A stretch of 64,000 nt of DNA from an uncultured Alphaproteobacteria bacterium (GTDB taxonomy: Bacteria > Pseudomonadota > Alphaproteobacteria > Rhizobiales > Beijerinckiaceae). The stretch spans positions 1,122-65,121 of the forward strand of contig CAVPVQ010000029.1 in assembly GCA_963709185.1 (NCBI GenBank). Reading direction: 5' to 3'. This document shows, piece after piece, positions 48,760 through 59,875 of this stretch. Every line of letters starts with the position of its first letter. The first letter of the stretch is position 1. Below the pieces are notes generated by a model, which did no database searches, was not told the DNA's origin, and saw only the letters and a list, made by a program, of their open reading frames with translations. A program made the position numbers and the translations under genes.

Positions 48760-49973
48760 GCCGGCTTGCGCAGGCGCACCACATTGTGCAGCGTCTCGTC
48801 CGCCGTCTCGAAGAACCGCCGCACGCCGCGCGCGGCCTGGCGGATGCGCTGCTCGTTCTCGACCAGCGCGAGGCGCACGTAGTCGTCGCCGTGCTCGCCG
48901 AAACCGACGCCGGGCGCCGCCGCGACCTCCGCCTTCTCGATCAGCAGCTTGCAGAATTCGAGGCTGCCGAGATGGCGGAATTTTTCAGGGACCGGCGTCC
49001 ATGCGAACATCGAGGCGCGCGGCGAATCGATGACCCAGCCGGCCTGCGCGAAGCTCTCGACCATCACATCGCGGCGGCGCTTGTAGATCGCGCGCATCTC
49101 CTTGACGCAATCGTCGGGGCCGTTGAGCGCGGCGGCCGCCGCGACCTGGATCGGCGTATAGGCGCCGTAGTCGAGATAGGACTTCACCCGCGCCAGCGCC
49201 GCCAGCAGCCGTTCGTTGCCGACCGCGAAGCCGATGCGCCAGCCGGCCATCGAGAAGGTCTTCGACATCGAGGTGAACTCGACCGCCACATCGATCGCGC
49301 CGGGCGCTTGCAGCAACGACGGCGGCGGATCGTCGTCGAAAAACACTTCGGCGTAGGCGAGGTCGGACAGCACGAAAATCTCGTGCTTCTTGGCGAAGAT
49401 CACCAGGTCCTTGTAGAAATCCAGCGAAGCGACCATCGCCGTCGGATTGGAGGGGTAGCAAACCACCACGGCGATCGGCTTGGGGATCGAATGGATCAGC
49501 GCGCGCTCCATCGCCACGAAGAAATCGGGCGTCGGGTCGGCGGGCACCGAGCGGATCACCCCGCCGGCCATCAGAAAGCCGAAGGCGTGGATCGGATAGG
49601 ACGGATTGGGAACCAGCACGACGTCGCCCGGCGCGGTGATCGCCTGGGCCATATTGGCGAAGCCCTCTTTCGACCCGAGGGTCGCGACGATCTGGGTCTC
49701 CGGGTTGAGCCGGACGCCAAACCGCCGGGCGTAGTAGCCGGCCTGCGCGCGCCGCAATCCGGGAATTCCCTTGGAGGCGGAATAGCGGTCGGTGCGCGGC
49801 TTGCCGACCGTCTCGATCAGTTTGTCGAGCACGTGCTTGGGCGCCGGCAGATCGGGATTGCCCATGCCGAGGTCGACGATGTCGGCGCCAGCCGCGCGAG
49901 CCTGCGCCTTGAGCCGATTGACCTGCTCGAAGACATAGGGCGGCAAGCGCCGCACGCGGTGAAAATCGCTCAT
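48756..49973 (-). CDS. PLP-dependent class I/II aminotransferase (AlaC-like; often annotated LL-diaminopimelate aminotransferase)
   Basis: RLPPYVF, DLGMGNPD, GSKEG, YPSNPT, SDLAY, SMSKTFSMAGWRIGF. Confidence 0.9.
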   Translation of the reverse strand: MSDFHRVRRLPPYVFEQVNRLKAQARAAGADIVDLGMGNPDLPAPKHVLDKLIETVGKPRTDRYSASKGIPGLRRAQAGYYARRFGVRLNPETQIVATLGSKEGFANMAQAITAPGDVVLVPNPSYPIHAFGFLMAGGVIRSVPADPTPDFFVAMERALIHSIPKPIAVVVCYPSNPTAMVASLDFYKDLVIFAKKHEIFVLSDLAYAEVFFDDDPPPSLLQAPGAIDVAVEFTSMSKTFSMAGWRIGFAVGNERLLAALARVKSYLDYGAYTPIQVAAAAALNGPDDCVKEMRAIYKRRRDVMVESFAQAGWVIDSPRASMFAWTPVPEKFRHLGSLEFCKLLIEKAEVAAAPGVGFGEHGDDYVRLALVENEQRIRQAARGVRRFFETADETLHNVVRLRKPA

Positions 49974-50106
49974 CTCGACCAAAGCCCCTCTGATCCCGCG
50001 CCGATGCAAAGTCCGGCGATCCCTGCTGATATAGCATTTTTGGGGAAAGCGAACGCCCGATTGATGAAGAAAGCGTGAGCGTCGCCCGACCGGGACGGCG
50101 CGTCGT

Positions 50107-50565
50107 TCATTGCGGAACGGCGGGCGGCGGTTTCGATTTTCTCGCTTTTTCCTTCGCCGCCTTGGCCGCCGCGGCGTCCGCCACCGCCTTGACGGCCGGC
50201 GCGAATGTGGAGCGGATCGTGTCGTGGCGCGCGCGCACGGCGTCCATATCGGCGTCGAGCGCCTTCAGTTCGTCGGGCGTCTTGACCTTGTTGTCGTGCA
50301 CAAACGGCTTTCGGCCGGCCGGAACATAGTCCAGCGGGCCGGCCGGCCTGCTCTTGATGACGAAATCCTGGGGTTGGCCGGGATCGGTGGCCAGACCGAG
50401 TTTTTTGGCGATCGTCCTGACGATTCCATCGTCCGGCGCGTCGGCCGAAGGGCTCGCCGGCGCGCTGTCTGTCGCGTTGGCCGGAGCGCTGTCCTGGGCG
50501 CGCGCGCCGGCGCAAAGGCCGGTCAGCGCCACCGCCACAAGGCCGGCCGCCGCGGCTCTTCGCAT
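50107..50565 (-). CDS. Hypothetical secreted protein
   Basis: Signal peptide MRRAAAAGLVAVALTGLCAGARA; DFVIKSRP..LDYVP motif; host codon usage. Confidence 0.65.
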   Translation of the reverse strand: MRRAAAAGLVAVALTGLCAGARAQDSAPANATDSAPASPSADAPDDGIVRTIAKKLGLATDPGQPQDFVIKSRPAGPLDYVPAGRKPFVHDNKVKTPDELKALDADMDAVRARHDTIRSTFAPAVKAVADAAAAKAAKEKARKSKPPPAVPQ

Positions 50566-50753
50566 GCGCTTCAAGCGCCGGCGATGCGTCACCATCGATC
50601 AGGCATCCCGTTTCCTGCCGCGCGTCGCGCCAGCGCGTTTTCGCCAGGCTCGCGCGAATAGATAGCCTGCGCCGCCGATATCGTTCTATTATGTCGGAAA
50701 CAGGACGGCGCCGCATGTTCAGGCGGCGGCCAAAAAGCCTGAGGACGCGAGTT

Positions 50754-52743
50754 ATGGCCATCGACCCGCTCGACCGCCCGCGAGGGCGACGCCAGGCGCG
50801 GCGCCCCTCAGCAGCGGCAAGAGCATCCAAACCCCCGGCGGGTTCGGCGCAGACTTCCACGCCCCCGCCAATCGAGAAGCCCGTCGCCGACGAGCAGCCG
50901 CGAACCAGCAGCAAGGCGGCGGGGAAGGCCGCGGCGTCGGAATCGGCGGCTGCGCCGCGCCCCTCCGCCGCCCCTGCCCGATCTCGACGCGCTGTCGCAC
51001 AATGTCGCGCGGCTGATCGAGGAAGGCGGCAAGGTCGCCGCGGCGTTTCTGGCGCCGCGCGAGTCGGGCGAAACCAGGCCGACCGCGTTCAGCGAGGACA
51101 TCGCCGACGCCATCGCTACGCTGGGCAAGGTGGCGGAACATTATTATTCCGATCCGCAGCGCGCCCTCGAGGCGCAAGCCGGGCTGTCCTCCCAATTCGT
51201 CTCGCTGTGGGCGGCCACACTGCAGCGCCTGAACGGCGAACAGGTCGCCCCGATCGCCGCGCCCGAGCCAAGCGACAAGCGCTTTGCCGATCCGGAGTGG
51301 CGAACCAACCCGTATTTCGACTTTCTCGCCCAGGCCTATGTGATGACCACGCGCTGGGCCGGCGACCTCGTGCGAAAAGCCGACGCGCTCGACCCGCATA
51401 CGCGCGACAAGGCGCAGTTCTATATGCGCCAACTGGCCGGCGCGCTGTCGCCGTCGAATTTCATCGCCACCAACCCGGAACTGATGCGCGCGACGCTTGC
51501 CGAAAACGGCGAAAATCTGGTGCGCGGCCTGCACATGATGGCGCAGGACATCCAAGCGGGCCACGGCAACCTGCGCATTCGCCAGAGCGACGCCAGTAAG
51601 TTCGTGCTCGGCAAGAACATGGCGGCGACGCCCGGCAAGGTGATCTTCCGCAATGAGCTGATCGAACTCCTTCAATATGCGCCGTCGACGCCGACGGTCT
51701 ACAAGCGCCCGGTGCTGATCGTGCCGCCGTGGATCAACAAATACTACGTGCTCGATCTCAATCCGGAAAAATCCTTCGTCCGCTGGGCGGTGGCGCAGGG
51801 CCTCACCATCTTCGTCATCTCGTGGGTCAACCCCGACGAACGGCACGCGCAAAAGGGCTTCGAAGCCTATATGCGCGAGGGGATTTTCGCGGCGCTCGAT
51901 GCGATCGAGCAGGCGACCGGCGAACGCGAGACGACGGCGATCGGCTATTGCGTCGGCGGCACGCTGCTCGCCATCGCGCTCGCCTATATGGCGCGGACCG
52001 GCGACAAGCGCATCGCCAGTGCGACGCTGTTCGCCACGCAGGTCGATTTCGCCGATCCCGGCGACCTCAAGGTCTTCGTCGACGCCGAACGGCTGAAGTC
52101 GATCGAGGACAAGATGGCGGGCAAGGGCTATCTCGATGGCTCGGACATGGCCGGCGCCTTCAACATGCTGCGGCCCAACGACCTGATCTGGTCGTTCTTC
52201 GTCAACAACTACCTCAAAGGCAAGGAGCCGATGCCGTTCGACCTCCTGGTCTGGAACGCCGACTCGACGCGCATGCCCGCCGCCAATCATTCGTTCTACC
52301 TGCGCAACTGCTATCTCGAAAACAATCTGACGGGCGGGCGCATGGCGCTGGCCGGCGAGACGCTCGACCTGTCGCAGGTGAAAATCCCGATCTACGAACT
52401 GGCGACGCGCGAGGACCATATCGCGCCGGCCAAATCGGTGTTCGCCGGCGCGAAGTTCTTCGGCGGTCCGGTGCGCTATGTGCTGGCCGGCTCCGGCCAT
52501 ATCGCCGGCGTCGTCAATCCGCCCGACAAGCCCAAGTATCAATATTGGACCGGCGCGGCGCCCGGCGGCGCCTTCGAGACGTGGCTGCAGGGGGCGACCG
52601 AAAACAAGGGAAGCTGGTGGCCGGACTGGGCGGAATGGCTGACCCGGCAGGCGCCGCGCAAGGTTCCCGCGCGGCAGCCGGGAGGCGGCAAGCTGAAGGC
52701 GCTCGCTGACGCGCCGGGCGACTATGTCAAGGCGAAGGCGTAA
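50754..52743 (+). CDS. phaC: Class I PHA synthase; frameshift near 50972; start uncertain
   Basis: [39 protein letters not shown] lipase box, [29 protein letters not shown]. Confidence 0.92.
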
Positions 52744-52753
52744 AGGACCGGCG

Positions 52754-53692
52754 ATGCGCATCCTTGTGGTCGGGGCCGGCGCGATCGGCGGCTATTTTGG
52801 CGGCCGGCTGCTCGCGGCGGGCCGCGACGTCACGTTTCTGGTGCGGGCGAGGCGGGCGGCGCAACTGGCCGCTGGCGGCCTGTCAATCCGCAGCCCGCGC
52901 GGCGATGTCGACCTGCCGGCCCCGCCAACCGTGCAGGCCGATGCGTTGCGGCAGCCCTTCGACCTCGTGCTGCTGAGCTGCAAGGCCTATGACCTCGAAG
53001 GGGCGATGGACTCCTTCGCGCCGGCGGTCGGGCCGGGAACGGCGATCCTGCCGCTGCTCAACGGCCTGCGGCATATCGAGACGCTCGACCGGCGCTTCGG
53101 CCCCGACCATACGCTCGGCGGCCTGTGCATGATTTCGTCGACGCTCGACGCCGAAGGGCGCGTGCGCCACTTGAACGATCTGCACGGCCTGCTGTTCGGC
53201 GAGCGTGACGGCGCGTCCTCGAAGCGCGCCGCAGCGATCGATTCGGCGCTTTCCAACGCCGGCTTCGATGCGCGGCTGAGTTCGGCGATCGTCCAGGACA
53301 TGTGGGACAAGTGGATGTTCATCGCCTCGGCGGCGGGCATCACCTGCCTGATGCGCGCCGCGATCGGCGACATCGTCGCCGCCGGCGGCGCCGGGCTCGC
53401 AACGAGTCTCGCCGAGGAATGCGCGGCGGTGGCGGCGCGTCACGGCTTCGCGCCGGGCGAGGCGGCGATGCAAAGGATCCGCTCGACGATCGCCGCGCCG
53501 GGCTCGACGATCATGGCCTCGATGCTGCGCGACATCGAGCGCGGCGCGCCGATCGAGGCCGACCAGATCATCTACGATCTCGCGCGACGCGGCCGGGCCG
53601 ACGGGCTCGACCTGCCGCTGCTCGCCATCGTCGAGGCTCACCTCAAGGCCTATGAGGCGCGGCGAGCGCGCGAAAGCGCCGCCCGCTCGTAA
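52754..53692 (+). CDS. panE: 2-dehydropantoate 2-reductase (ketopantoate reductase)
   Basis: VVGAGAIGGYFG, LSCKAYD, LNG, WDKW, SMLRD..IEAD. Confidence 0.88.
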   Translation: MRILVVGAGAIGGYFGGRLLAAGRDVTFLVRARRAAQLAAGGLSIRSPRGDVDLPAPPTVQADALRQPFDLVLLSCKAYDLEGAMDSFAPAVGPGTAILPLLNGLRHIETLDRRFGPDHTLGGLCMISSTLDAEGRVRHLNDLHGLLFGERDGASSKRAAAIDSALSNAGFDARLSSAIVQDMWDKWMFIASAAGITCLMRAAIGDIVAAGGAGLATSLAEECAAVAARHGFAPGEAAMQRIRSTIAAPGSTIMASMLRDIERGAPIEADQIIYDLARRGRADGLDLPLLAIVEAHLKAYEARRARESAARS

Positions 53693-53702
53693 GGGCCGGC
53701 CT

Positions 53703-54032
53703 TCAGTTCACGGGCTCGACCGCCTGTCGCCGCGCCGCGGCGACAATGGCGTCGAGCAGGCCGGGAAAACGCGCCGCCAGATCCTCGAGGCGCACGGAAA
53801 TGCGCCGGTACGGCCCGTCAATGCGCGTCCGCGTGACTCCGGCCTCCCGCAACCGCGCGAGGTGGTAGCTGATGTTGGTCTTCGGCGCATAATCATCGAA
53901 CGCCTGGCAGGGCTGCTCGCCCTGGGCGAGAAGCTGCAGGACGATGTCGCGGCGGATCGGCTCGCTCAGCGCTTCCAGCACAGCCGACAGATCGATGCTG
54001 TCGCGATCGGGGTGATAAAGCTCTCTGGCCAT
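53703..54032 (-). CDS. ArsR/SmtB-family repressor
   Basis: LEALSEPIRRDIV..ISYHLARLREAGV..RFPGLLDAI. Confidence 0.88.
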   Translation of the reverse strand: MARELYHPDRDSIDLSAVLEALSEPIRRDIVLQLLAQGEQPCQAFDDYAPKTNISYHLARLREAGVTRTRIDGPYRRISVRLEDLAARFPGLLDAIVAAARRQAVEPVN

Positions 54033-54059
54033 GGCTCCCTATAGGCCAAACCGCCAAGG

Positions 54060-54125
54060 AGTTCAAGATTTATTGAACTGATTGACGAGGGATGGCGAAT
54101 GAGATAGTTCAAGAGTTGTTGAACT
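54060..54125. promoter_or_regulatory. Two perfect AGTTCAA-N6-TTGAACT operators (54060-54079 and 54106-54125)
   Basis: Identical 7-bp palindromic arms occur twice in the 105-bp divergent ArsR/MFS promoter. Confidence 0.8.
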
Positions 54126-54137
54126 CATGGACCGCCA

Positions 54138-55359
54138 ATGACCTTCCGTCTGCTCCCCCTCGTCCTCGGTGCTTTCGCCATCGGGACTGAAACCTTCATG
54201 ATCACCGGCGTTCTGCCGGTCATTTCGGCCGAACTGCGGATTTCTCCCGCCGCCGCCGGCTCGCTCGTTACGATTTTCGCGCTCGCCTATGCATTCGGTT
54301 CTCCGCTGCTGGCGATCGCCACCGCCGGCGTGGAGCGCCGGCGTCTGTTGCTGACGGCGATGGGCGCCTTCGCGGCGGCCAATTTTCTCGCCGCGCTGGC
54401 TCCGAACTTCCTGTGGCTGCGTGGCGGCGCGCGTTCTGCTCGCGCTGACGGCCGGAACCTTCATGCCGGCGGCGACGGCTTTTGCGACCGCCATGCATGA
54501 ACCCGCGCAGCGCGGCCGCGCGCTGGCGCTGGTCTATGCCGGCATGACGCTCGCCACGGTCGTCGGCGTGCCGGCGGGAACGTTGATCGCCGCCGCCGCC
54601 GACTGGCGCGCGACGTTCGTCGGCGTCGGGCTGCTTTCCCTGCTCGCCTGCACCGGCGTCGCGGCGATCCTGCCGCGCCAGCAGGGGCTCGGCGCGATCG
54701 GCCTGCGGGAACGTCTGGCCGTGGCGCGGCGGCCGGCGGTGCTCAGGATGCTGGCGCTGACGATGCTGGCGCTGCTCGGCCCGTTCGCTGTCAACACCTA
54801 TCTCGGCGTGCTGCTTAAATCGGCGTTCGGCGTCACCGGCAATGGTCTCGCCGGCCTCTTGATGATTTTCGGCATCGTCAGTTTCGGCGGCAGCCAGTTC
54901 GGCGGCTACGGCGCCGATCGCTGGAGCCGCGAACGGTTCATCGCGACGATCCTGATGGTGCTCGTCGTCGCGTTCGCCCTGCTGTCGGTCGGTTCGCGGA
55001 TCGGCGGATTGGCCGGCGAAGCGGCGGCGCTGGCCGGGCTGATCCTGTGGGGCTCGTTTGGCTGGGCGTTCCCGATCGCCCAGCAGGCCCGCCTCGTCAC
55101 GCTCGATCCGGCGGTGGCGCCGATCACCCTCTCGCTCAACACCTCGGCGCTGTATTTCGGCGCCGCGGCGGGATCGGCGCTCGGCGGCCTGGCGATCCGC
55201 CAGTGGTCGATCGGCGCCGTCGGATGGGTCGCCGCGCTGACCGAGATGTCGGCGCTCGCGCTGCTGATCGCGACGGACGGACGCCGGCTGGTCGGCGCAT
55301 CCCGACGAAGCGCCGACGCGCCCTGCCCCGCCGCCAGAGAGGCGCCCGCTCACTCCTGA
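54138..55359 (+). CDS. MFS efflux transporter (DHA1/NepI-like); frameshift near 54420
   Basis: LGAFAIGTETF..G.LP, GVERRRLLL loop motif, RGRALALV..G.TLA.V.GVP.G, SLNTSALYFG. Confidence 0.87.
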
Positions 55360-55377
55360 TCAAGGCGTCCGCGCCGC

Positions 55378-56507
55378 CTATTCCACGTCCTCGACCGCCA
55401 CCGTGCGGCCCGACAGCCGCTGGGCGAGCGAAGCCTCCATGAACGCGTCGAGATCGCCGTCCAGCACGTCGGCGGGCGTTCCCGAGACATGGCCGGTGCG
55501 CAGGTCTTTCACCATCTGGTAGGGCTGCAGCACGTAGGAACGGATCTGGTGGCCCCAGCCGATATCGGTCTTGGACGCTGAAATCGGCGCTGACCGCCGC
55601 CTCGCGCAGCTCCAGTTCGCGTTCGTAGAGCCGCGCGCGCAGCATGTTCCAGGCGGTGGCGCGGTTCTTGTGCTGCGAGCGCTCGGACTGGCAGGCGACC
55701 ACGATGCCGGTCGGCAGATGGGTGATGCGCACCGCCGATTCGGTCTTGTTGACGTGCTGGCCGCCGGCCCCCGAGGCGCGATAGACGTCGATCCGGCAAT
55801 CGCCTTCATTGATGTCGATGATGATGCGGTCGTCGACGACGGGATAGACCCAGACCGAAGCAAAGCTGGTGTGGCGGCGCGCGTTCGAATCGAACGGCGA
55901 AATGCGCACGAGGCGATGCACGCCCAATTCGGTCTTCATCCAGCCATGCGCGTTGTGGCCCTTGATGATCAGCGTCGCCGACTTGATGCCGGCTTCGTCG
56001 CCGGCCGTCTCCTCGGCGATCTCGACCTCGAATTTGCGGCGCTCCGCCCAGCGGATGTACATGCGCAGCAGCATGCGCGCCCAGTCGCAGCTTTCCGTGC
56101 CCCCCGCTCCTGAATGCACCTCGACATAGGTGTCGTTGCCATCCGCCTCGCCCGACAGCAGCGCTTCAAGCTGGCGGCGCTCGCCTTCGGCCTTCAGCGC
56201 CCTGAGGATGGCGAGGCCCTCCTGCTCGGTCGGCGGATCGCCCTCGATCTCGCCGAGTTCGACCAGCGTCGCCGCGTCGTCGAGTTCGCGCTGCAGCCTG
56301 GCGATCCCGCCGAGCCGGTCTTCGAGCATGGTGCGCTCGCGCATCAGCTTTTGCGCCGCTTCCGGATCGTTCCACAGGCCGGAATCCTCGGCCTTGGCGT
56401 TCAGTTCGGCGAGGCGACGCGCGGCGGCCTCGACGTCAAAGATGCCTCCTCAGCAATCCCATGGACTGCTTGATGCTTTCGACAAGGGATTCGGCTTCGG
56501 CGCGCAT
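55378..56507 (-). CDS. prfB: Peptide chain release factor 2 with programmed +1 frameshift; extra apparent error near 55582
   Basis: [22 protein letters not shown] (SPF anticodon mimic), [21 protein letters not shown]. Confidence 0.95.
56435..56450 (-). promoter_or_regulatory. prfB programmed +1 frameshift signal AGGAGG-CAT-CTT-TGA-C
   Basis: Internal Shine-Dalgarno, slippery CTT and in-frame TGA at codon 24; canonical. Confidence 0.95.
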
Positions 56508-56637
56508 GCGGGGCTCGCAGGGTCGGGAGAGGCGTGTGGGAGATCGCAAAGCGAAATCCGCCGCCCGTCCGCTACTCCCTATTGCCGCGCCGTTCAAGAC
56601 GCGTCGTGCAAGGCGCCTGTCGAGCGTGGACGCGAAA

Positions 56638-56752
56638 CCCTTCTCCCGCCGCGCGGGAAAAGATGTCACGAGCAGCGTTACAGATGAGGGCCTCGATCGG
56701 TGAGCGCGGCCCCAACGCCCACACCCTGCCCTCTCCCGCACGCGGGAGAAGG
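56638..56752. repeat. REP-like palindromes (CCCTTCTCCCG..CGGGA..GATGAGGG family)
   Basis: Units 56638-56690 and 56724-56752 with CTCCCGC-n-GCGGGAG hairpins; an inverted relative lies at 57729-57779. Confidence 0.6.
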
Positions 56753-56760
56753 AAATCGCC

Positions 56761-57402
56761 TCACCGGCTTTCCCGGCTCGCGTCGCCGCTGGCGTAGACG
56801 GCGCGGCGGGGGTCGCCGATCGACAGCCACAGGTTCGGGTCTTCCTGCGACTGCCGCTTGACGAAGCGATAGCCGGTGGCGTTCCACGGTCGGATCTCGT
56901 CCGACAGGTTGTCGAGGACGAACTCGCCGTGGTCGGTCTTCACGGTGAGGATCGCATGGCCCTCGTCATGGAGATCGCGCACGATGGTCATCAGCAGCGC
57001 CTGACGCGGGAAGCCCTGGTCGAGCAGCAGCTTGCGCTTGTAGAGCGCGTAAATCTTGCAATCGCCCTTGCCGTCCACCGGATAGTCCCAGTGATCGAGC
57101 ATGGTGCCCCAATGGTCGAAATTGCTGATCGGTTCGATGAACGCGTTCACCGCGCGGTTGATCCGGTCGAGCAGCGCCCAGGTCTCTTCGGTGAGCCTGA
57201 CGTCGACGGCGGGAAGGCGCTGGCCGTTGCACTCCTCGGGCCGGCGGCCGCAGAAGTCCACCCAGCCGTAAGGGATGCTGGTCTCGGCCCCGACGGCGGC
57301 GTAGCTCGCCTGGGGCATGCGGGCTTCGGCGGCGCCTCCGCCCGCGAGGCAAACGGCGAGCATCGCGGCGGCGATGACGCTTCGGATCGAAACGATAGAC
57401 AT
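56761..57402 (-). CDS. Bacterial transglutaminase-like cysteine proteinase (BTLCP/LapG-like)
   Basis: Signal peptide; PYGWVDFC, W.YP..G.GDC, GHAILTV.TDHG..VLDN; Cys-His-Asp triad present. Confidence 0.88.
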   Translation of the reverse strand: MSIVSIRSVIAAAMLAVCLAGGGAAEARMPQASYAAVGAETSIPYGWVDFCGRRPEECNGQRLPAVDVRLTEETWALLDRINRAVNAFIEPISNFDHWGTMLDHWDYPVDGKGDCKIYALYKRKLLLDQGFPRQALLMTIVRDLHDEGHAILTVKTDHGEFVLDNLSDEIRPWNATGYRFVKRQSQEDPNLWLSIGDPRRAVYASGDASRESR

Positions 57403-57622
57403 GACGACGGCCTCTGCTGCTAAGCTGAGGCCACCGTGACGAATTCATTTTGCAGTCGATCTAAATCAATTGCTCAAATTCTACAGAAACGCATTAATTG
57501 TTGTGACTATTCAATAGTATACAGGAGACAAACAGACGCGGTTTACACTCCGTTGCTTTCGCGCGACGGCAATGATTTGTTAGCCATCGGTCGCCCGCCG
57601 AGCCGATGACGCGCGCAATCGG

Positions 57623-57779
57623 CCGTCATCGCGAGGGAGCGAAGCGACGAAGCGATCCAGACTGAGCCGTTGCAGCCAACGCCTGGATGGCTTCGCTGGC
57701 GGCGGAGCGGCGCGCTCCGTGATCGACGCCCTCATCCGACCTCGCTTCGCGAGGCCGCCCGCCTTCGGTGGGAGAAGGG
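57623..57779. repeat. Third partial copy of the 22.4-kb REP palindrome, followed by a CCCTCATCC..GGGAGAAGGG unit
   Basis: CCGTCATCGCGAGGGAGCGAAGCGACGAAGCGATCCAGAC at 57623-57662 matches the arms at 22356 and 22591. Confidence 0.75.
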
Positions 57780-57808
57780 ACGCGCGTTCGCTCGTGAAGG
57801 CGCGCCGC

Positions 57809-58198
57809 TCAAAACCCCAGCTTCACCCCGGCCTGGACATTGTAGCCCTGCCCGTTGGGGACCCACGGCGGCAGATAGGGATTGTCGATATGCTGGTTGT
57901 CGGCGTGCCATTTGAGGTCGAGCGCCGGGCCGCCCTGCGGCTCCTGCGGCGCACGCGCGGCGTTCGGTGCGAGGGCCGGCTTAGGCGGCCTGGCGGCGCC
58001 GACCAGCGCGGCGCCGGGGTCGGAGAATTTGATCGCCGCGAAACCGCCGTCCGGCGCGGCAACCTTCGCTCGCGCTTTCGCCCTGGCGACATGCGCCGGC
58101 GCCTTGACCGCGGCCGGCGCGCCGGCTTCGTCCGCCAGCGCCGGCGCCGCGATCATGACGAGAATAGCTCCGACGAAGCTGATGCGACGAAAGCCCAT
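57809..58198 (-). CDS. Hypothetical secreted protein with an outer-membrane-like C-terminus (..VQAGVKLGF)
   Basis: Signal peptide MGFRRISFVGAILVMIAAPALA; terminal Phe beta-signal-like motif. Confidence 0.6.
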   Translation of the reverse strand: MGFRRISFVGAILVMIAAPALADEAGAPAAVKAPAHVARAKARAKVAAPDGGFAAIKFSDPGAALVGAARPPKPALAPNAARAPQEPQGGPALDLKWHADNQHIDNPYLPPWVPNGQGYNVQAGVKLGF

Positions 58199-58427
58199 TG
58201 CGCTGCGCTTTCCGAAGTCGACGCCTGTTCCACCAATTGTGCCGCCGCGTGACGCGGCGCGCAAGCCCGCTCGGTTCGGCGCGCTTCATCCGCGACGTCG
58301 TCGCCTCGACGGTACGCCGCGCTTGGCCGGCCGGAGCGGGCCAAACGGAATGCGGGATTTTGTGCGGCTTCGCCGCCACCCCGATCCTCCGAAGGCCGCC
58401 TTTATCGATGGCCGCATTGGGGGCGGA

Positions 58428-59187
58428 TCATTCCACCAGCCCGCGAACCTCCGCCGGCGCGTCATCGAGGTTCGCCAGATCGCGAGCTTCAGCGGCCGCC
58501 GCGGTCGCATCTTCGATCTCGCCGCTCGCCAAACGGCTCTGTGCGAGGATAACGAGCGCCGTCGCGAGCCGCGGTTTCAAGGCCTCCGGTTGCGCACGGA
58601 TGGCGCAACGCAGAAGGGAGACGGCCATGACGGCGGCGCGCGTCGCTTCCTCCGTCTTGTCGGGGGTGGCGCTCAACAGTCGCGCGAGATCGCCAAGAGC
58701 GACGGCCAGATCAAGCGGGGCGGACGACGCAGGTTTGTCGCTGACGCGACGCCAGAGAGCCGTGGACTCGCCAAGAATTTGTGCGAAGTGCTTGAGATGG
58801 GGCGGCTGAGGTTCGCGCCTTCCCGATAAGATCCCGGGGAATTCGAGAACGAGGCGCAGTTCCTCCGCCTCTATTTGCTCCCACAGTTCAGTCAGGCGCC
58901 GCCTGAACTCATTCAGTTGCGCCCCAAGGTCGGCAAGACCCGGGTCGCTGGCTGCGTCGGGCGGGATATCGAGTTCGGTCTTCAGCCGGTGAAGGCAATC
59001 AGAAGACTTTCGATGCAAGACGTCGATGCGAACATCCCAAGCGGCGCGCTGATCGCGTGGTAAATCGAGAACTCTCCACTTCGTCTCTCAGCCAAAAAAT
59101 ATCGGATAGTTGGGCGGCCTCGGTCGCCTCATGCAGCGAATCGGCCTCGTCCAGAATCTCCGAGAGTCGAGCGCCAAACTCGGTCAT
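58428..59187 (-). CDS. All-helical hypothetical protein with a TPR-like C-terminus; probably one gene split by a frameshift near 59075
   Basis: ORF 58999-59187 (own ATG) joins the frame LDLPRDQRAAWDVRIDVL.. that continues into 58428-59018; LATALVILA..GEIEDA..AAAEA pattern. Confidence 0.5.
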
Positions 59188-59362
59188 CTGGTCACCGCTC
59201 CGTCCGCGCCGTTTCCGCGCAGGTCATCCAAGCGCGGATGTCGCAGCGAAGGTCCGCCGCGCGGCGCTTTCGTAGGGGAACGCCGGATACGGCGATTGTG
59301 CCGCCGGTCGATGCGCCGCGCAAGAGCGTGGACCTGGGCGCGGCGGCGGCGGGAAGGCGATC

Positions 59363-59875
59363 TCACGGCCGGTAGACGACGAAGCTCTTTTCCAGCAGTT
59401 CGCGATCGCCCTGCCAAAGCTCGAACGACCACGGGCCGGGCGCGAGCTCTTCCTCCGCGTCGAACAGATAGCCGACGAACAAACCTGCATCGCCGGCGCG
59501 CACGGTGATTTCGCTCGCTTCGCGCCTGTGGCGTTCGCCGGTCTTCGCGTTGACCAATCCAGCGGGTGGAAAGTTTCGCACCCAGCGCAATCGCACCAGG
59601 CTGCCGGCCGGCGCGCCCGACAGCGTGAAGCCGAATCCGAACCGCGTATGCAGGATCGCCGGAATCCGGTCGCTGTTTGTCGCCGGCGGTTCGATTCCGG
59701 TGGATACGGTCTTCTCGCCAAGCAGGGCGCTGTCGTCCTTCACGTGGGAGTCATTGTTCGCTCGATAAACGCCGTACCAGGTCAGGCGCGCCTCGGCGCT
59801 CGACCCCTGCTGCGCCAATGCTGCGGGCTGGTCGAGCAAAGCGAGGAAGAGCGCGGCAAATCCCAGCGCGCGCAT
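59363..59875 (-). CDS. DUF3859-domain secreted protein
   Basis: YG.Y..T.RIPA..G/HTRFGF..GY.FD..EELAPGPW.FELWQG..LLEKSF.V. Confidence 0.75.
   Translation of the reverse strand: MRALGFAALFLALLDQPAALAQQGSSAEARLTWYGVYRANNDSHVKDDSALLGEKTVSTGIEPPATNSDRIPAILHTRFGFGFTLSGAPAGSLVRLRWVRNFPPAGLVNAKTGERHRREASEITVRAGDAGLFVGYLFDAEEELAPGPWSFELWQGDRELLEKSFVVYRP

Noticed and set aside
56435-56450. prfB internal stop as an error or novelty
   Set aside because: Canonical autoregulatory +1 frameshift.
57040-57075. Inactive BTLCP because of GDCKIY instead of GDCEDY
   Set aside because: The Cys-His-Asp triad is intact; most likely a subfamily variant.
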